From assembly GCA_048885925.1 (NCBI GenBank), contig JBHLLG010000017.1, positions 1 through 46,740 of the forward strand: DNA of 46,740 nt. The letters run 5' to 3'. The notes under the pieces were generated by a model. The model was given only the letters and a program-made list of their open reading frames with translations. It was not told the DNA's origin and searched no databases. Below, in pieces: positions 31,001-41,245 of the stretch. Numbering within the stretch: the stretch's first letter is position 1; every line of letters starts with the position of its first letter. The position numbers and the translations under genes were made by a program. Origin of the DNA: Candidatus Hermodarchaeota archaeon. GTDB lineage: Archaea; Asgardarchaeota; Lokiarchaeia; Sigyniarchaeales; SOKP01.

Positions 31001-31330
31001 TTATCTTATCTCATCATCCAAGCATTTCCAAGAATCTACTAATAATTGATATTCAAAATATTGATCATTAACTTTAGATCTTGGATTTTTGCATGTACCT
31101 TCCACTTTGATCAATTTTCCTATAATTTCCATGTTTTTTTCACATGAAATAGAATCCTTGGAGTATATAACAATTTGATACCCATCGTCTAAGTCGAAGT
31201 AATTCATATATGGATGAGAATCTAAGAAGGTTGTTAGATGTTGCCATATTTCCTTAGCGATTTTTCCAAAAATCTTAACATCTTTCCCTAAATTATCTTT
31301 AAAATCGTAATAATTAACAACTTTAGCCAT
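31001..31330 (-). CDS. Hypothetical OB-fold-like protein
   Basis: 109-aa ORF; G..V.I.GKI..EIWQH, EYQLLVDSW. Confidence 0.6.
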   Translation of the reverse strand: MAKVVNYYDFKDNLGKDVKIFGKIAKEIWQHLTTFLDSHPYMNYFDLDDGYQIVIYSKDSISCEKNMEIIGKLIKVEGTCKNPRSKVNDQYFEYQLLVDSWKCLDDEIR

Positions 31331-31352
31331 AATTGAATAATAAAAAGTTGAA

Positions 31353-32501
31353 TTAGATTTCTAATAATTTTTCTTTTTTTATATAAGCAGGTAATTTCGA
31401 TATTATTTGTTCCGCTTCATTTATTATGCTTTCAAGAAGTTCTTTCACTGAGGGAATCGAATGAATTCTCCCAGTTACAACACCTCCTAGAATAATTGAC
31501 TCATCCTCGATTTCCTTATATAGATTTTCAAGTCCTTGCATTTCTATTCTCAATATTTTATCATTAGACGGACAAGGAATTCCTCGAAACAAATCAGAAG
31601 CTCCAGAAACGGTTTCATCAACAACTTTTAAAGATTGTGGATTTCTAAGAAATCTCATTGGTCCAAAAAATCCACGTGCAACAAGAGTGTCAGTTTCTGC
31701 TCTCTTAACGATTGCTTCTTTCCACATTTGTTGAAAATCAGCTTCTATAGTAGCAATAAAACGAGTTCCCATTTGTATACCTATTGCTCCTAATGCTAAA
31801 GCTGCTGCTAATGAAGCACCGTCTGAAAATCCCCCAGTACCAATTACAGGTTTATTTACTTTTTTCACAACTTCTGGTAATAAGACCATTGATGAGACAT
31901 CTCTCCAAGCACAATGTGCTCCACCTTCCCTACCTGAAGCGATAATAATATCAACGCCCGCTTTTTCGGCACGTTTAGCACCTCTAACATTTGGACAAAC
32001 ATGACACCAAATAATATCTGGCAATTCTTTTTTAATAGGAATTCTAACTCTTTCTACACCTTTAGATGTGGCATCAATTGCCCAAGGTAATGGATCTCCT
32101 GCTGAAGTTACAATAACTACTAATTTTTCTTTTATTTCTGGTTTTTCTCTTAAAATCTCTATGGTTCCTTTAATTAAACGTCTTGAAGCATAGTCGAAAT
32201 CTGCAGCAACTGGAATGTTAATTCCAAACTTAGCTTCTGGAAAATCTATTAACTTATCATATACATATTGTATTACTCTTTTTATAATAACCTTTGGGCT
32301 CCCTCTTCCAAAAACCTCTTGAGCTATTTCGGGAGTTGCTGAACTGGCACCACCGGTAGCCATTCCGATTGTTGAGATTAATCCTAACGCTCCTTCTTTA
32401 GCAACGGCTATACAGAGCTCGGTTGTACTATATGGACCCATTCCAGCTTGAATTATCGGATATTTAGTTCCTATAATTTCTTGAAATTTTGTAGATATCA
32501 T
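31353..32501 (-). CDS. Nitronate monooxygenase/FabK-like FMN oxidoreductase
   Basis: YPIIQAGMG, SGREGGAH, PVIGTGG, GIQMGTRF. Confidence 0.88.
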   Translation of the reverse strand: MISTKFQEIIGTKYPIIQAGMGPYSTTELCIAVAKEGALGLISTIGMATGGASSATPEIAQEVFGRGSPKVIIKRVIQYVYDKLIDFPEAKFGINIPVAADFDYASRRLIKGTIEILREKPEIKEKLVVIVTSAGDPLPWAIDATSKGVERVRIPIKKELPDIIWCHVCPNVRGAKRAEKAGVDIIIASGREGGAHCAWRDVSSMVLLPEVVKKVNKPVIGTGGFSDGASLAAALALGAIGIQMGTRFIATIEADFQQMWKEAIVKRAETDTLVARGFFGPMRFLRNPQSLKVVDETVSGASDLFRGIPCPSNDKILRIEMQGLENLYKEIEDESIILGGVVTGRIHSIPSVKELLESIINEAEQIISKLPAYIKKEKLLEI

Positions 32502-32582
32502 ATATTCAAAATCAATTTTTAAGTAAATTTATACTTAATTAAAACCATTTATTATGAAAAAGGCTTATTTTTCAAACTTATT

Positions 32583-33068
32583 TTAATTTCTTATTGTTTT
32601 GGCATACTCACAGATAATTGAACCAAAAAAATCGCCAATTTTACCCGTTTCTCTAAAACCATGCTTCTTATAAAAATTTTGAGCTCGTTTTAATGGATTA
32701 GTAGTATCTAATGTCAAAAAGGAGCATCCTTTAGATCTTGCATCATTCTCAACAGCGAGTAATAAATCTGTTGCTGGACTGTTTTTTCCTTGCCTTTCAG
32801 GGATTACAGCCATTCCACGTATGTGTCCTTCCTCAACACTTACTTTTAACCACCCTATTGTCCCTATTATCTTTCCATTTAGATCAATTGCCACGTAAAG
32901 AGTCATTTCTTTCATGCGTTTTTTTACTATATCCTCTGACATTACAGTATCAAAAAAACCTTCTGGAGTATAATACTGACGATATTCTTCGAATGCAGCT
33001 AATAATACTCCATGTATATCATTTGCGTCATCTAATTCCGCCCGCCGAATTTCATATTGCCTATCCAT
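32583..33068 (-). CDS. GNAT family N-acetyltransferase
   Basis: Likely start ATG 33068 (MDRQYEIRRA); IRGMAVIPERQGK, AQNFYKKHGF. Confidence 0.85.
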   Translation of the reverse strand: MDRQYEIRRAELDDANDIHGVLLAAFEEYRQYYTPEGFFDTVMSEDIVKKRMKEMTLYVAIDLNGKIIGTIGWLKVSVEEGHIRGMAVIPERQGKNSPATDLLLAVENDARSKGCSFLTLDTTNPLKRAQNFYKKHGFRETGKIGDFFGSIICEYAKTIRN

Positions 33069-33332
33069 AATTGCTTTAACTCTTAATCTAATAAAAAAAT
33101 TTGAGTAAAAATATGCAACAGACAATATCATTTCTTCTTTTTTTAAGGGTATATTTATGATTATAATAATTTTTAAAGAAAATAAGAAAAAAAATACCAC
33201 CAAAAATAAAAAATTACCACCAAAAACAAAAATATGCCAGTAATTTGCTCTATCAAGCTTTTTATAGTAAAAATTCTCTATAATTTTTAATGGGTAAATC
33301 CCAAATTTAAACTAATAAAATTTTGAACAAAA

Positions 33333-35732
33333 ATGAGAAAAAAAACAATCATTATTTTGAGTTTACTACTTTTTTTAACAATACCAATGTTTCAGAGTTT
33401 AAAATGGTCTACAAACACATCAGATTTTTATATTGATAATAATATAAGAATTGCTAGTCCAGAAGAGTTTAATTTAACACGAGCATTGTTACACACTACT
33501 GGGGATGATCCTGTGATTGATCCAGTTGATTGCTTGGAAACTTCAGGTGCAGAGGTGATTAGACAAGTTGCTGAAACATTATGGTTCTATAATTATTCTG
33601 ATCCAGCATTACCACGTATAAATATGCTTGCTGAAAGTGAGACTTGGAAAAATTCTACTGCTCTTGAGGTTACCCTCAAACAAAGTGTTTTGTTCCATGA
33701 TGGAACTCCATTTAATGCGTCAGTAGTAGAATGGAACATAGATAGAATGATGTATTTATTCAATCACACTGGTACCTTACCTTCTGGCAATCTTGGTCGA
33801 AGTCATCATATATTTGAAGGACCTGATGGTTCCCCCATTCTATCTGATTTCGAAGTAACTGGGACATATACAGGTATTATTCATTTAGCACAACCTTTTA
33901 CATCTCTTATGGACTTATTTTGTAGTATAGGTGCATCAATGATCTCTAAAACAGCACATGCTGATCATGCAACATCTTTTATTGATATATCTACAGACGA
34001 TTTGGTCGGTACGGGTCCCTATATGTATGATTATTATATTACTGATACTGAGATAAAATTTAGTAGATGGGATAATTACTGGCGTGAACCGGTTTTATTC
34101 GAGAATATGGTGTACGAAATCGTTTTTAATAGGGTTACGCAAAATTCTATGATGCAAAATGGAGATGTTGACTATATATCTAATATTGAACCAGCTTTTA
34201 TTAACAATTTTATTGCTGATCTTGATATAATATATGATGAATCAGATACTCCAGGGTTAGTAGTTTATTACCTTGCTCTTAATAATAAAGAGATAAATGT
34301 TACATGGAGAAAAGCTATGTCTTATGCTTTTGACTATACTTATATGATTCAAAATTATTATCAGGATACTAAATTTCGATCTTATGGACCTATATCACCT
34401 GGCTTTGGTGATTGGTATACTTCTGATGTCGAAGCTCTTGCTCCTTACTTTAATATAACACTTGCAAGAATGATTCTTGCAGGTTTAGATCCAACACCTA
34501 ATCCGGTACCTGGCATTCCAGAAGCAATAGGTCGAGATCCACTAGATGATGGAGATTGGGGTCTTGGAGGTAATCAACTTATTTCCTTTAATTACTCATA
34601 TCCGATTGGTAATTATAGGGAGGATTTATTCTATTTGTTGGAATTTTGGTTTGCTGATATATCAATAGAGGTATTAGATGGTGGTGTAGATTTCGCTAAC
34701 TGGAATTACTTCTATGACAGAGTTTTTGGAAACGTACCTGGAGGATACGATGATTTAGGGATGTTTTGGATAGGATGGGGTCCTGATTATCTAGATCCTA
34801 TAAATATGATTCAGCCGCTCTTTTCAAATGAATCTTTTGCGAATGGTGCGCAAGTCAACGATACAGAATTGGAAGCAGCGTTTTCAGAATATTTAACAGA
34901 AACCAATTCTACTCTTAAGGTTGAGATAATGCAAAATATGTCAAAATATATTGCTTCAGAACTATATTCTTATATATATATACAACATCCAATGACTCAG
35001 ACTTGTCACTCCGTAGAAATTTTTGATGTATCCTATGATTTGAATAGGTATATGTTCTATGCCTATCCAATAAAACCTTCTTTGCCATTCTATCCTCAAA
35101 TTAGTAGTTCAGGAGACATTGTATTTTTAGTAGGTGAAACGGGACATGAAATAAGCTGGGATCTGAATGCTTCTGAGCTTTACAATCCAATATATTCTGT
35201 TTATCGAGATGCAACCCATTTAGTTACAAATCCATGGGAATTCGACGAATCTATTAATGTTAGTTTGGATGGATTACCTGCAGATCAATACTCGTATAAG
35301 ATAGTAGTTCAGAATGGGCCATATTCAATAGAAAATTATATAAATGTTGAAGCAGGTGCTAGATTAGAGATATCACATCCTTCCGACATCACTTACACTC
35401 AAGGGGATACGGGAAACGTGATAAGCTGGGTTGTAAATGAAGGGTATGGAGGAGGTGCTATATATTATATCTATGATGAGAGTGACACAGAAGTGGATTC
35501 GGATTCTTGGAATCTCGGAACACCAATAACATTTAATGTGGATAGCTTATCTGTTGGAACTTATACTTATCGTATAGAAGTTCATAACGCATTGGAATAT
35601 ATAGAAGATACAGTAGAAGTTGAAGTACGAAAAAAGAAACCAATACCTGGATTTCCTGTATTGATTCTAGTGAGTTTTGCATTAATCGCAGCAATTTATA
35701 TTGGAATAAAATCAAAATATAAGCTAAATTAA
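33333..35732 (+). CDS. ABC transporter substrate-binding protein (family 5, peptide/nickel) with C-terminal Ig-like repeats and PGF/Loki-CTERM anchor
   Basis: FHDGTPFNA, VGTGPY, WRKAMSYAFDY, GWGPDYLDP; KKKPIPGF plus TM helix. Confidence 0.88.
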   Translation: MRKKTIIILSLLLFLTIPMFQSLKWSTNTSDFYIDNNIRIASPEEFNLTRALLHTTGDDPVIDPVDCLETSGAEVIRQVAETLWFYNYSDPALPRINMLAESETWKNSTALEVTLKQSVLFHDGTPFNASVVEWNIDRMMYLFNHTGTLPSGNLGRSHHIFEGPDGSPILSDFEVTGTYTGIIHLAQPFTSLMDLFCSIGASMISKTAHADHATSFIDISTDDLVGTGPYMYDYYITDTEIKFSRWDNYWREPVLFENMVYEIVFNRVTQNSMMQNGDVDYISNIEPAFINNFIADLDIIYDESDTPGLVVYYLALNNKEINVTWRKAMSYAFDYTYMIQNYYQDTKFRSYGPISPGFGDWYTSDVEALAPYFNITLARMILAGLDPTPNPVPGIPEAIGRDPLDDGDWGLGGNQLISFNYSYPIGNYREDLFYLLEFWFADISIEVLDGGVDFANWNYFYDRVFGNVPGGYDDLGMFWIGWGPDYLDPINMIQPLFSNESFANGAQVNDTELEAAFSEYLTETNSTLKVEIMQNMSKYIASELYSYIYIQHPMTQTCHSVEIFDVSYDLNRYMFYAYPIKPSLPFYPQISSSGDIVFLVGETGHEISWDLNASELYNPIYSVYRDATHLVTNPWEFDESINVSLDGLPADQYSYKIVVQNGPYSIENYINVEAGARLEISHPSDITYTQGDTGNVISWVVNEGYGGGAIYYIYDESDTEVDSDSWNLGTPITFNVDSLSVGTYTYRIEVHNALEYIEDTVEVEVRKKKPIPGFPVLILVSFALIAAIYIGIKSKYKLN

Positions 35733-35800
35733 AAATCTAATATTTTTTTTAATTTTTACTTTTTTTTATTTCTTGATTTTTTGATATGAAGATTATGATT

Positions 35801-36340
35801 TTAAATGGACATATCAACTGGACTTTCCTTCATTAAAAATTTGAATTTGCACACATCATCACCATTTGATTTTCGCTTTAAAGGAATTATCTCACCATTT
35901 ACTCCCATCGCTTTTAGCCATCCTCTATGCCTGAAATTACAAGCACAGATATATTCTTGGGCTTCTTTAGATTTTTCCACTTCTTTCCAGATAAAACATT
36001 TTTCAACTAAAGCAATTCCTTCTTTTTTTGAATGAACAATAAATTTAAATTTCATAACTTTTGGAATAATAACATCCATGAATGTGTTCATTATTTTAAA
36101 AACTTCTGAAATTGAGTTAATTGAATCTTTTTTGATACCCAAAGCATTTAAAATATGCCTAGCTTCAACTTTTCCCATTGAAGAGACTACCATTTGATTT
36201 AGCTGGTTAGCTTCATCAATCCCATATTTTCTTTTTGATTTTAAAAACCATTGTCCATCATGCTGAGCCCAACACATCTGCAATATAAATTTTTGGGTTT
36301 CAAGCGGTATTTTATATTTGTCTTTCAATAAAACCTCCAT
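35801..36340 (-). CDS. DUF6125/V4R-like hypothetical protein
   Basis: W..HDG.WF motif; C-terminal Cys (CFIW, CAC, C.F.F); paralog of the adjacent gene. Confidence 0.65.
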   Translation of the reverse strand: MEVLLKDKYKIPLETQKFILQMCWAQHDGQWFLKSKRKYGIDEANQLNQMVVSSMGKVEARHILNALGIKKDSINSISEVFKIMNTFMDVIIPKVMKFKFIVHSKKEGIALVEKCFIWKEVEKSKEAQEYICACNFRHRGWLKAMGVNGEIIPLKRKSNGDDVCKFKFLMKESPVDMSI

Positions 36341-36374
36341 ATTTCTTCTCCTTCAATTAAAACAATTCCTTATT

Positions 36375-36869
36375 TCATTCATCAAAAAATAAAAAATAAT
36401 CTCTAAAACACTGACCATCAGTATACATTAAACAACCTTCTATTATGGGTTCTACTTCATATTTAATGCCTAAGCTTTCAAACCATCCTTCTATTCGATC
36501 AAAAATTCCACATTCATATTGTTCGATTACTCCTAATTTTTTTATTCCATCATAAGCCCAACATTTTTGCATTTCACAGTGTAGGTGGTTTCTTTCTGGA
36601 AAATTATATGAAAATCCCATAAAATCTGCTTTAAATAAACCCATTGCATTATCAAAGAGATTCTTTAAATCATTGAAATTTCTTATTTTTTCAATCTTAA
36701 AAGCTCTCTGGATTCTCTTTATCTCGATACTAGCTAAGGATTTAATAGCAGCTTTATTTATTTTGTTAGTTTTTATCATACCACACTCTTTTTGGCAGTG
36801 ATAAAACCACATACCATCATGAGTCATCCAGCATTTAATTAAAAGCTCTTTTAAATCTTCTAATTCCAT
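36375..36869 (-). CDS. DUF6125/V4R-like hypothetical protein
   Basis: CWMTHDGMWF, KCWAY, YECG, GCLM...C. Confidence 0.65.
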   Translation of the reverse strand: MELEDLKELLIKCWMTHDGMWFYHCQKECGMIKTNKINKAAIKSLASIEIKRIQRAFKIEKIRNFNDLKNLFDNAMGLFKADFMGFSYNFPERNHLHCEMQKCWAYDGIKKLGVIEQYECGIFDRIEGWFESLGIKYEVEPIIEGCLMYTDGQCFRDYFLFFDE

Positions 36870-37023
36870 AATGAAAATACGATTAGATTTGCTTTTATTG
36901 TTTTTCGATCATATACAACTTTTTTTTAGTTGAATATAATTGAATCCAAAATTTTATATTCTTATCAAAAATATAACAATATAAGAAAACCTTTTTCTAG
37001 TTGTAATTTTTTAATGATGAACT

Positions 37024-37911
37024 ATGTCAAATGAAATAATCCTAGAATTGAAAAATTTCTTGAGAAGTGCAAATCTCTCAAATTATGAAATTAAAACTTA
37101 CACAACACTATTAAGTTCTAATAACCTAACAGCTAGAGAACTTAGCCGAAAGTCGAATGTACCCACAGGTAGAATCTATGAAATATTAGAAGCTTTAAAA
37201 GACAAAGGTATGATTGAAATTCAAGATTCAAGACCAAAGATCTATAGGGCTATATATTTTAATGAGGCATCTCATAATGTTATTTCACACTTAAAAAATA
37301 ACCAACAAAGAAAAATTACATTTTTGGTAAATCAAGCTAAACAATTAGAATCAAAAATTAACGATGTAGATATTTCTATTAAACAAGACACATCAAAGAT
37401 ATTTTGGTCAACTGCTTATGGGTGGCGCGCTATCTTTGACTTATATTTTAAGAAATTTAATAACTTAAAGGAAAAATTGCTGATGACAGGATTCTTAAAT
37501 GAAAATACATTTAAAATTCTTCCACATGCTAAAGTTTTCTATAATGGAATCTTAAATGCATTAAATAGGGGTATTACGATAAAATATTTGTGGAGTTTTG
37601 AATATGACGCATTATCAGATGAACAAAAAGTTAGGAATGAAATGATTTTTGATAAGTTAATAAAAAAACTTAAAGATTTATTCAATTTATCCTCTGAATT
37701 AGAAGGATTTGAGATGAGATTTATACAAAAAAGAATTCCAACCTACTATGATATATTTGATAATAATAGAGTTTTAATAAAACTCCAAAATCCTTTAAAA
37801 CCCTGGCAAATCTTTGCCTGTATAAACGTACTAGACCCAATTTTGGCAAAGGAATTAACTGAAAAATATGAGAATATGTGGTTATTTGAAGCAATTAAAG
37901 GAAACGAATAA
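37024..37911 (+). CDS. TrmB-family transcriptional regulator
   Basis: LSNYEIKTY..L..TARELS..SNVP.GRIYEIL..L..KG....SRPKIY. Confidence 0.88.
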   Translation: MSNEIILELKNFLRSANLSNYEIKTYTTLLSSNNLTARELSRKSNVPTGRIYEILEALKDKGMIEIQDSRPKIYRAIYFNEASHNVISHLKNNQQRKITFLVNQAKQLESKINDVDISIKQDTSKIFWSTAYGWRAIFDLYFKKFNNLKEKLLMTGFLNENTFKILPHAKVFYNGILNALNRGITIKYLWSFEYDALSDEQKVRNEMIFDKLIKKLKDLFNLSSELEGFEMRFIQKRIPTYYDIFDNNRVLIKLQNPLKPWQIFACINVLDPILAKELTEKYENMWLFEAIKGNE

Positions 37912-37927
37912 AAAAATTTTCTTAAAA

Positions 37928-38155
37928 TTAAGCCTTCTCAATTTTCAAATAATATTTATCTCCTTCAATTTTAAATTCCAGAATTTTATCGTTCTTTTTA
38001 TCTATATATCGCTTGATATTTTCTCCTGCTTCAGCATAATCCCCAGTGACTTCAAGTATATCTCCGCTATTCATCTCAAGGAGTTGCCTTTTCGTCTTAG
38101 CTACTGGCATAGGACAAACAAGTCCAGAACAATCTAGTTTATATGAACCTGTCAT
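37928..38155 (-). CDS. tusA: TusA/SirA-family sulfur carrier
   Basis: LDCSGLVCPMPV motif. Confidence 0.88.
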   Translation of the reverse strand: MTGSYKLDCSGLVCPMPVAKTKRQLLEMNSGDILEVTGDYAEAGENIKRYIDKKNDKILEFKIEGDKYYLKIEKA

Positions 38156-38175
38156 ATTTCAATCCACCCCTAAAA

Positions 38176-38541
38176 TTAACTAAATAAAACATTATCTGCT
38201 TCTTCGCACATTTCAACTAATCCATTCATGGTTGTTTTTTCAATCCCATCTATTAATTCATCTTCAGATAATCCACGAGCTTTCATACATACTCCACAGG
38301 CTTTTACGTTTGCTCCTTCTGAAATCACATCAACCATCCATTTTCCTAAATTATCATATGAACTAGGGTCTTGATTTTTTTTCCCAACAAAAATTCCATC
38401 TTCTACTAAGAATATATTAACTTTATGTTCCTCTAATAAAGCAGTCAAAGCGAATCTTAACATAGTATAAGGTCGTTCAGAAGTATAAGCACCATCTGCT
38501 ATTACAATTGTAAATATCTTTCTTTTTTGAGCCAATCTCAA
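38176..38541 (-). CDS. DsrE/TusD-family sulfur relay protein
   Basis: VNIFLVEDGI, ACGVCMKARG. Confidence 0.85.
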   Translation of the reverse strand: MRLAQKRKIFTIVIADGAYTSERPYTMLRFALTALLEEHKVNIFLVEDGIFVGKKNQDPSSYDNLGKWMVDVISEGANVKACGVCMKARGLSEDELIDGIEKTTMNGLVEMCEEADNVLFS

Positions 38542-38714
38542 TACTCCTCTTTCATTCTTTAGTATAGAATTAGATTATAAATATGTAATTACAAAAGCAA
38601 TACACTATTTATTAATTTTTTCGTAATTTTCTATTAAAAAAATCAATAAATAATAATAACTTATGTATTTATTATTAACACTAGAAGATCAAATTTTTCA
38701 AGATGATTTAAAGT

Positions 38715-39629
38715 ATGAATATTGAATACTTGAGAAATTTTATTAAATTAGCGCAATATAAAAGCTTTTCAAAATTAGCAAAAGAAATTCATATTTCACA
38801 AAGTACGTTATCGCATCAAATTTCTCAGCTAGAAAAAGATTTTGGGGAAGTCATCTTAATTGACAGGACTACAAAAAAATTTGAGTTAACTAAAGCAGGT
38901 AACCTTCTACTTAAAAATGCTCAACAAATAATCAATTTATACGACACATCTAAACAAGAAATTTGCAGATTTAAAGATCAAATTGAAGAAGATATTATTA
39001 TATCAGCTTCAACTATTCCAGGCTCTCATATTTTACCACGATATATAGCAGAATTTAGAAACAAAAATCCAAATGTAAATTTTAAAATATTGATTAATAA
39101 CTCTCAGAAATCAATTGAAAATGTGAAAAAAGGTGTTGCCGATTTTGCTGGTATTGGAAGTTTTATGGACTATAATGAAAAAGATTTTGATTATATCAAA
39201 TTAGGAGAAGATGAGTTCAAATTTATATGCTCACCTAATCATGAATTGCTTAAACATGGTAAAATTTCAGTTAATTTTAATGATCTTATTAAATTTCCTT
39301 TCGTATGGAGAGAGAAAGGCTCAGGGATGAGGGAAACTTTTAAAACACAATTTCCAGATTATAAAAAGCTAAATATTGAATTAGAAATAAATGATAATGA
39401 TTCTATTATTTCTACGGTCAGTGAATCTAATTATGTTAGTATTATGAGTGAAATGATGGCTGATAAAGCTGAATCTGCTGGTTTAATTACATCTTTGAGT
39501 ATTAAAAATTATCCTATTATAGCTAAAAGACCTTTATTTTTTATCAAGTTAAAAGATAAAAAACTTAGTCAGTTAAAAAAGAAATTTTGGAATGAGATCG
39601 AATTAAAAATTAGTAAAAAAAAGAATTGA
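38715..39629 (+). CDS. LysR-family regulator (CysL/selenium-metabolism-associated type)
   Basis: N-terminal HTH (SFSKLA..ISQSTLSHQISQLE), ASTIPG..ILP, REKGSG.R; divergent from dsrE-tusA. Confidence 0.88.
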   Translation: MNIEYLRNFIKLAQYKSFSKLAKEIHISQSTLSHQISQLEKDFGEVILIDRTTKKFELTKAGNLLLKNAQQIINLYDTSKQEICRFKDQIEEDIIISASTIPGSHILPRYIAEFRNKNPNVNFKILINNSQKSIENVKKGVADFAGIGSFMDYNEKDFDYIKLGEDEFKFICSPNHELLKHGKISVNFNDLIKFPFVWREKGSGMRETFKTQFPDYKKLNIELEINDNDSIISTVSESNYVSIMSEMMADKAESAGLITSLSIKNYPIIAKRPLFFIKLKDKKLSQLKKKFWNEIELKISKKKN

Positions 39630-39642
39630 TTAATAACTGAAA

Positions 39643-41019
39643 TTATTTTATCAACACTCCTGTTTGATCAAAGTTTAGAAAGGCGCTAATCTTCTCTTTG
39701 AGAGGATAAATTCCCTCCTTAAACAAGGTAATTATGAAAATTGCGAAAAAAATGATTGAACCTAATCCTGGAGCAAATCCGCTTGCAAAATCTATTAATG
39801 TAGAAGAAGTATCCCAAGAAAATATTGTATAAACTAATGAAATACCAGCTATCAAAATAGATATAAACGATATTATTGCAGCAGTTCTTTTACTGAGGTT
39901 TAAATGGATTGGTCCAAGTTCCAACTTGAAATATTTTGGTTGTACTATAATTGATAAAATTGTGTGGCTTATTATTTTATCCTCAAATTCCACGTAAACA
40001 TTTAAGAATCTCCTTTCACTTTCTTTTTTCTTTTTTTTCAATGTCTTCGATTTAATTGGCATGATTGAAAAAATCATAACTGGAGGATTGACTGCCTCCT
40101 TGTTGACTTTAACTTTACCAAATATTGGATGTACCTCAAAACCTTCACCTTCAATTTTTAGATCAAGAACTGGTGGTTCTTTCTTAGTAGTGACTATTTG
40201 AATTGTTGTTTCATAAATAGTTTTACCCTCTTCATCAACAATCTTTAATTCTTTATGTGAAAAGTATACATAAAATAAGTAACTTCTTTGTTCCATCATA
40301 ACAGAATAATATTGCAGCCCCATATTGATTTCATACACTATTGGTTCAGGTTCTTCAGAAAGAGTTACAGCTGGTGTAGGTTCTAATTTTGGTGGGGGTA
40401 GAGTAGGTCCTGCTAAGGCGTCTGAAGGAGGAGGTGGGGGTGCAGCTGCAGGCATTGAAGGTCTAGCAGGAGTGACACCACCTGGAGGTGATGGTGCTGA
40501 CTTTTTTTTTTCTTTTGGGGCTTCTTCCATCTTTCGAAATTCTTCTCTTTCCCTAACGTCTCTTTTTAATAACTTCTCTTCTTCATATTCTTCATCTTTA
40601 TATTTTGCATCATCTGCAATAGAAGATAATCTTGTTTTATCTTCATCATAAGATACTTCTTCCATCAATTCGAAAGCTTCTTGCTTCTTTTTTGCTTTAA
40701 CTTTGGGTTTCTCTTTCACTTTTTCTTTCTTCTTCGGTGGTTCTTTCTTCTTTAGTAACTTTAAATTTTTTAACTTTGTATTCTCGGAAATTTTTGTATT
40801 TGTAACAAAATCAACAAAATAAATGTCCTGACGAGCTATTTGAATTTCTTTCAAAGATACAAAAATGTCTTCTAAGATTTTACTAATCCGAGTTGATTTT
40901 TTATATATTCCCACAAACATGAAATTTAAGATCTCAGCAGAAAAAACTTTGGTCTTTTGATCATAAAATATCTTATTACTAAGGATCTCAAGACTAGAAA
41001 TACTTTTAATAGATTCCAA
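39643..41019 (-). CDS. Membrane-anchored hypothetical protein with charged and Pro-rich linker
   Basis: Lys/Glu-rich low-complexity region, PSPPGG..AAAPPPPPS..PPP, beta-rich domain, two C-terminal TM helices. Confidence 0.7.
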   Translation of the reverse strand: MESIKSISSLEILSNKIFYDQKTKVFSAEILNFMFVGIYKKSTRISKILEDIFVSLKEIQIARQDIYFVDFVTNTKISENTKLKNLKLLKKKEPPKKKEKVKEKPKVKAKKKQEAFELMEEVSYDEDKTRLSSIADDAKYKDEEYEEEKLLKRDVREREEFRKMEEAPKEKKKSAPSPPGGVTPARPSMPAAAPPPPPSDALAGPTLPPPKLEPTPAVTLSEEPEPIVYEINMGLQYYSVMMEQRSYLFYVYFSHKELKIVDEEGKTIYETTIQIVTTKKEPPVLDLKIEGEGFEVHPIFGKVKVNKEAVNPPVMIFSIMPIKSKTLKKKKKESERRFLNVYVEFEDKIISHTILSIIVQPKYFKLELGPIHLNLSKRTAAIISFISILIAGISLVYTIFSWDTSSTLIDFASGFAPGLGSIIFFAIFIITLFKEGIYPLKEKISAFLNFDQTGVLIK

Positions 41020-41245
41020 TTTTGAACTTACCTCTTTTTCAGCTTATCACTTTTATTTAGTCTTCATTAATTAAAAATAACCTTTTATAAGTTTTTATAA
41101 TGATAATATATCTAAAATAGTTATCAAATTCTTTATAAGGAAGAAAGATAAATGATAATGTCAAATTTATAAAATTATTATTTAATATACCAAATTTATT
41201 AACAATATAAATTAAATATGAATATTAAAACAAAAAGAAAAAGGG

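Noticed and set aside
33181-33232. Tandem TACCACCAAAAA repeat (20-bp period) upstream of the ABC binding protein as a CRISPR or VNTR
   Set aside because: There are only two short copies and no spacers; at most a possible operator site.
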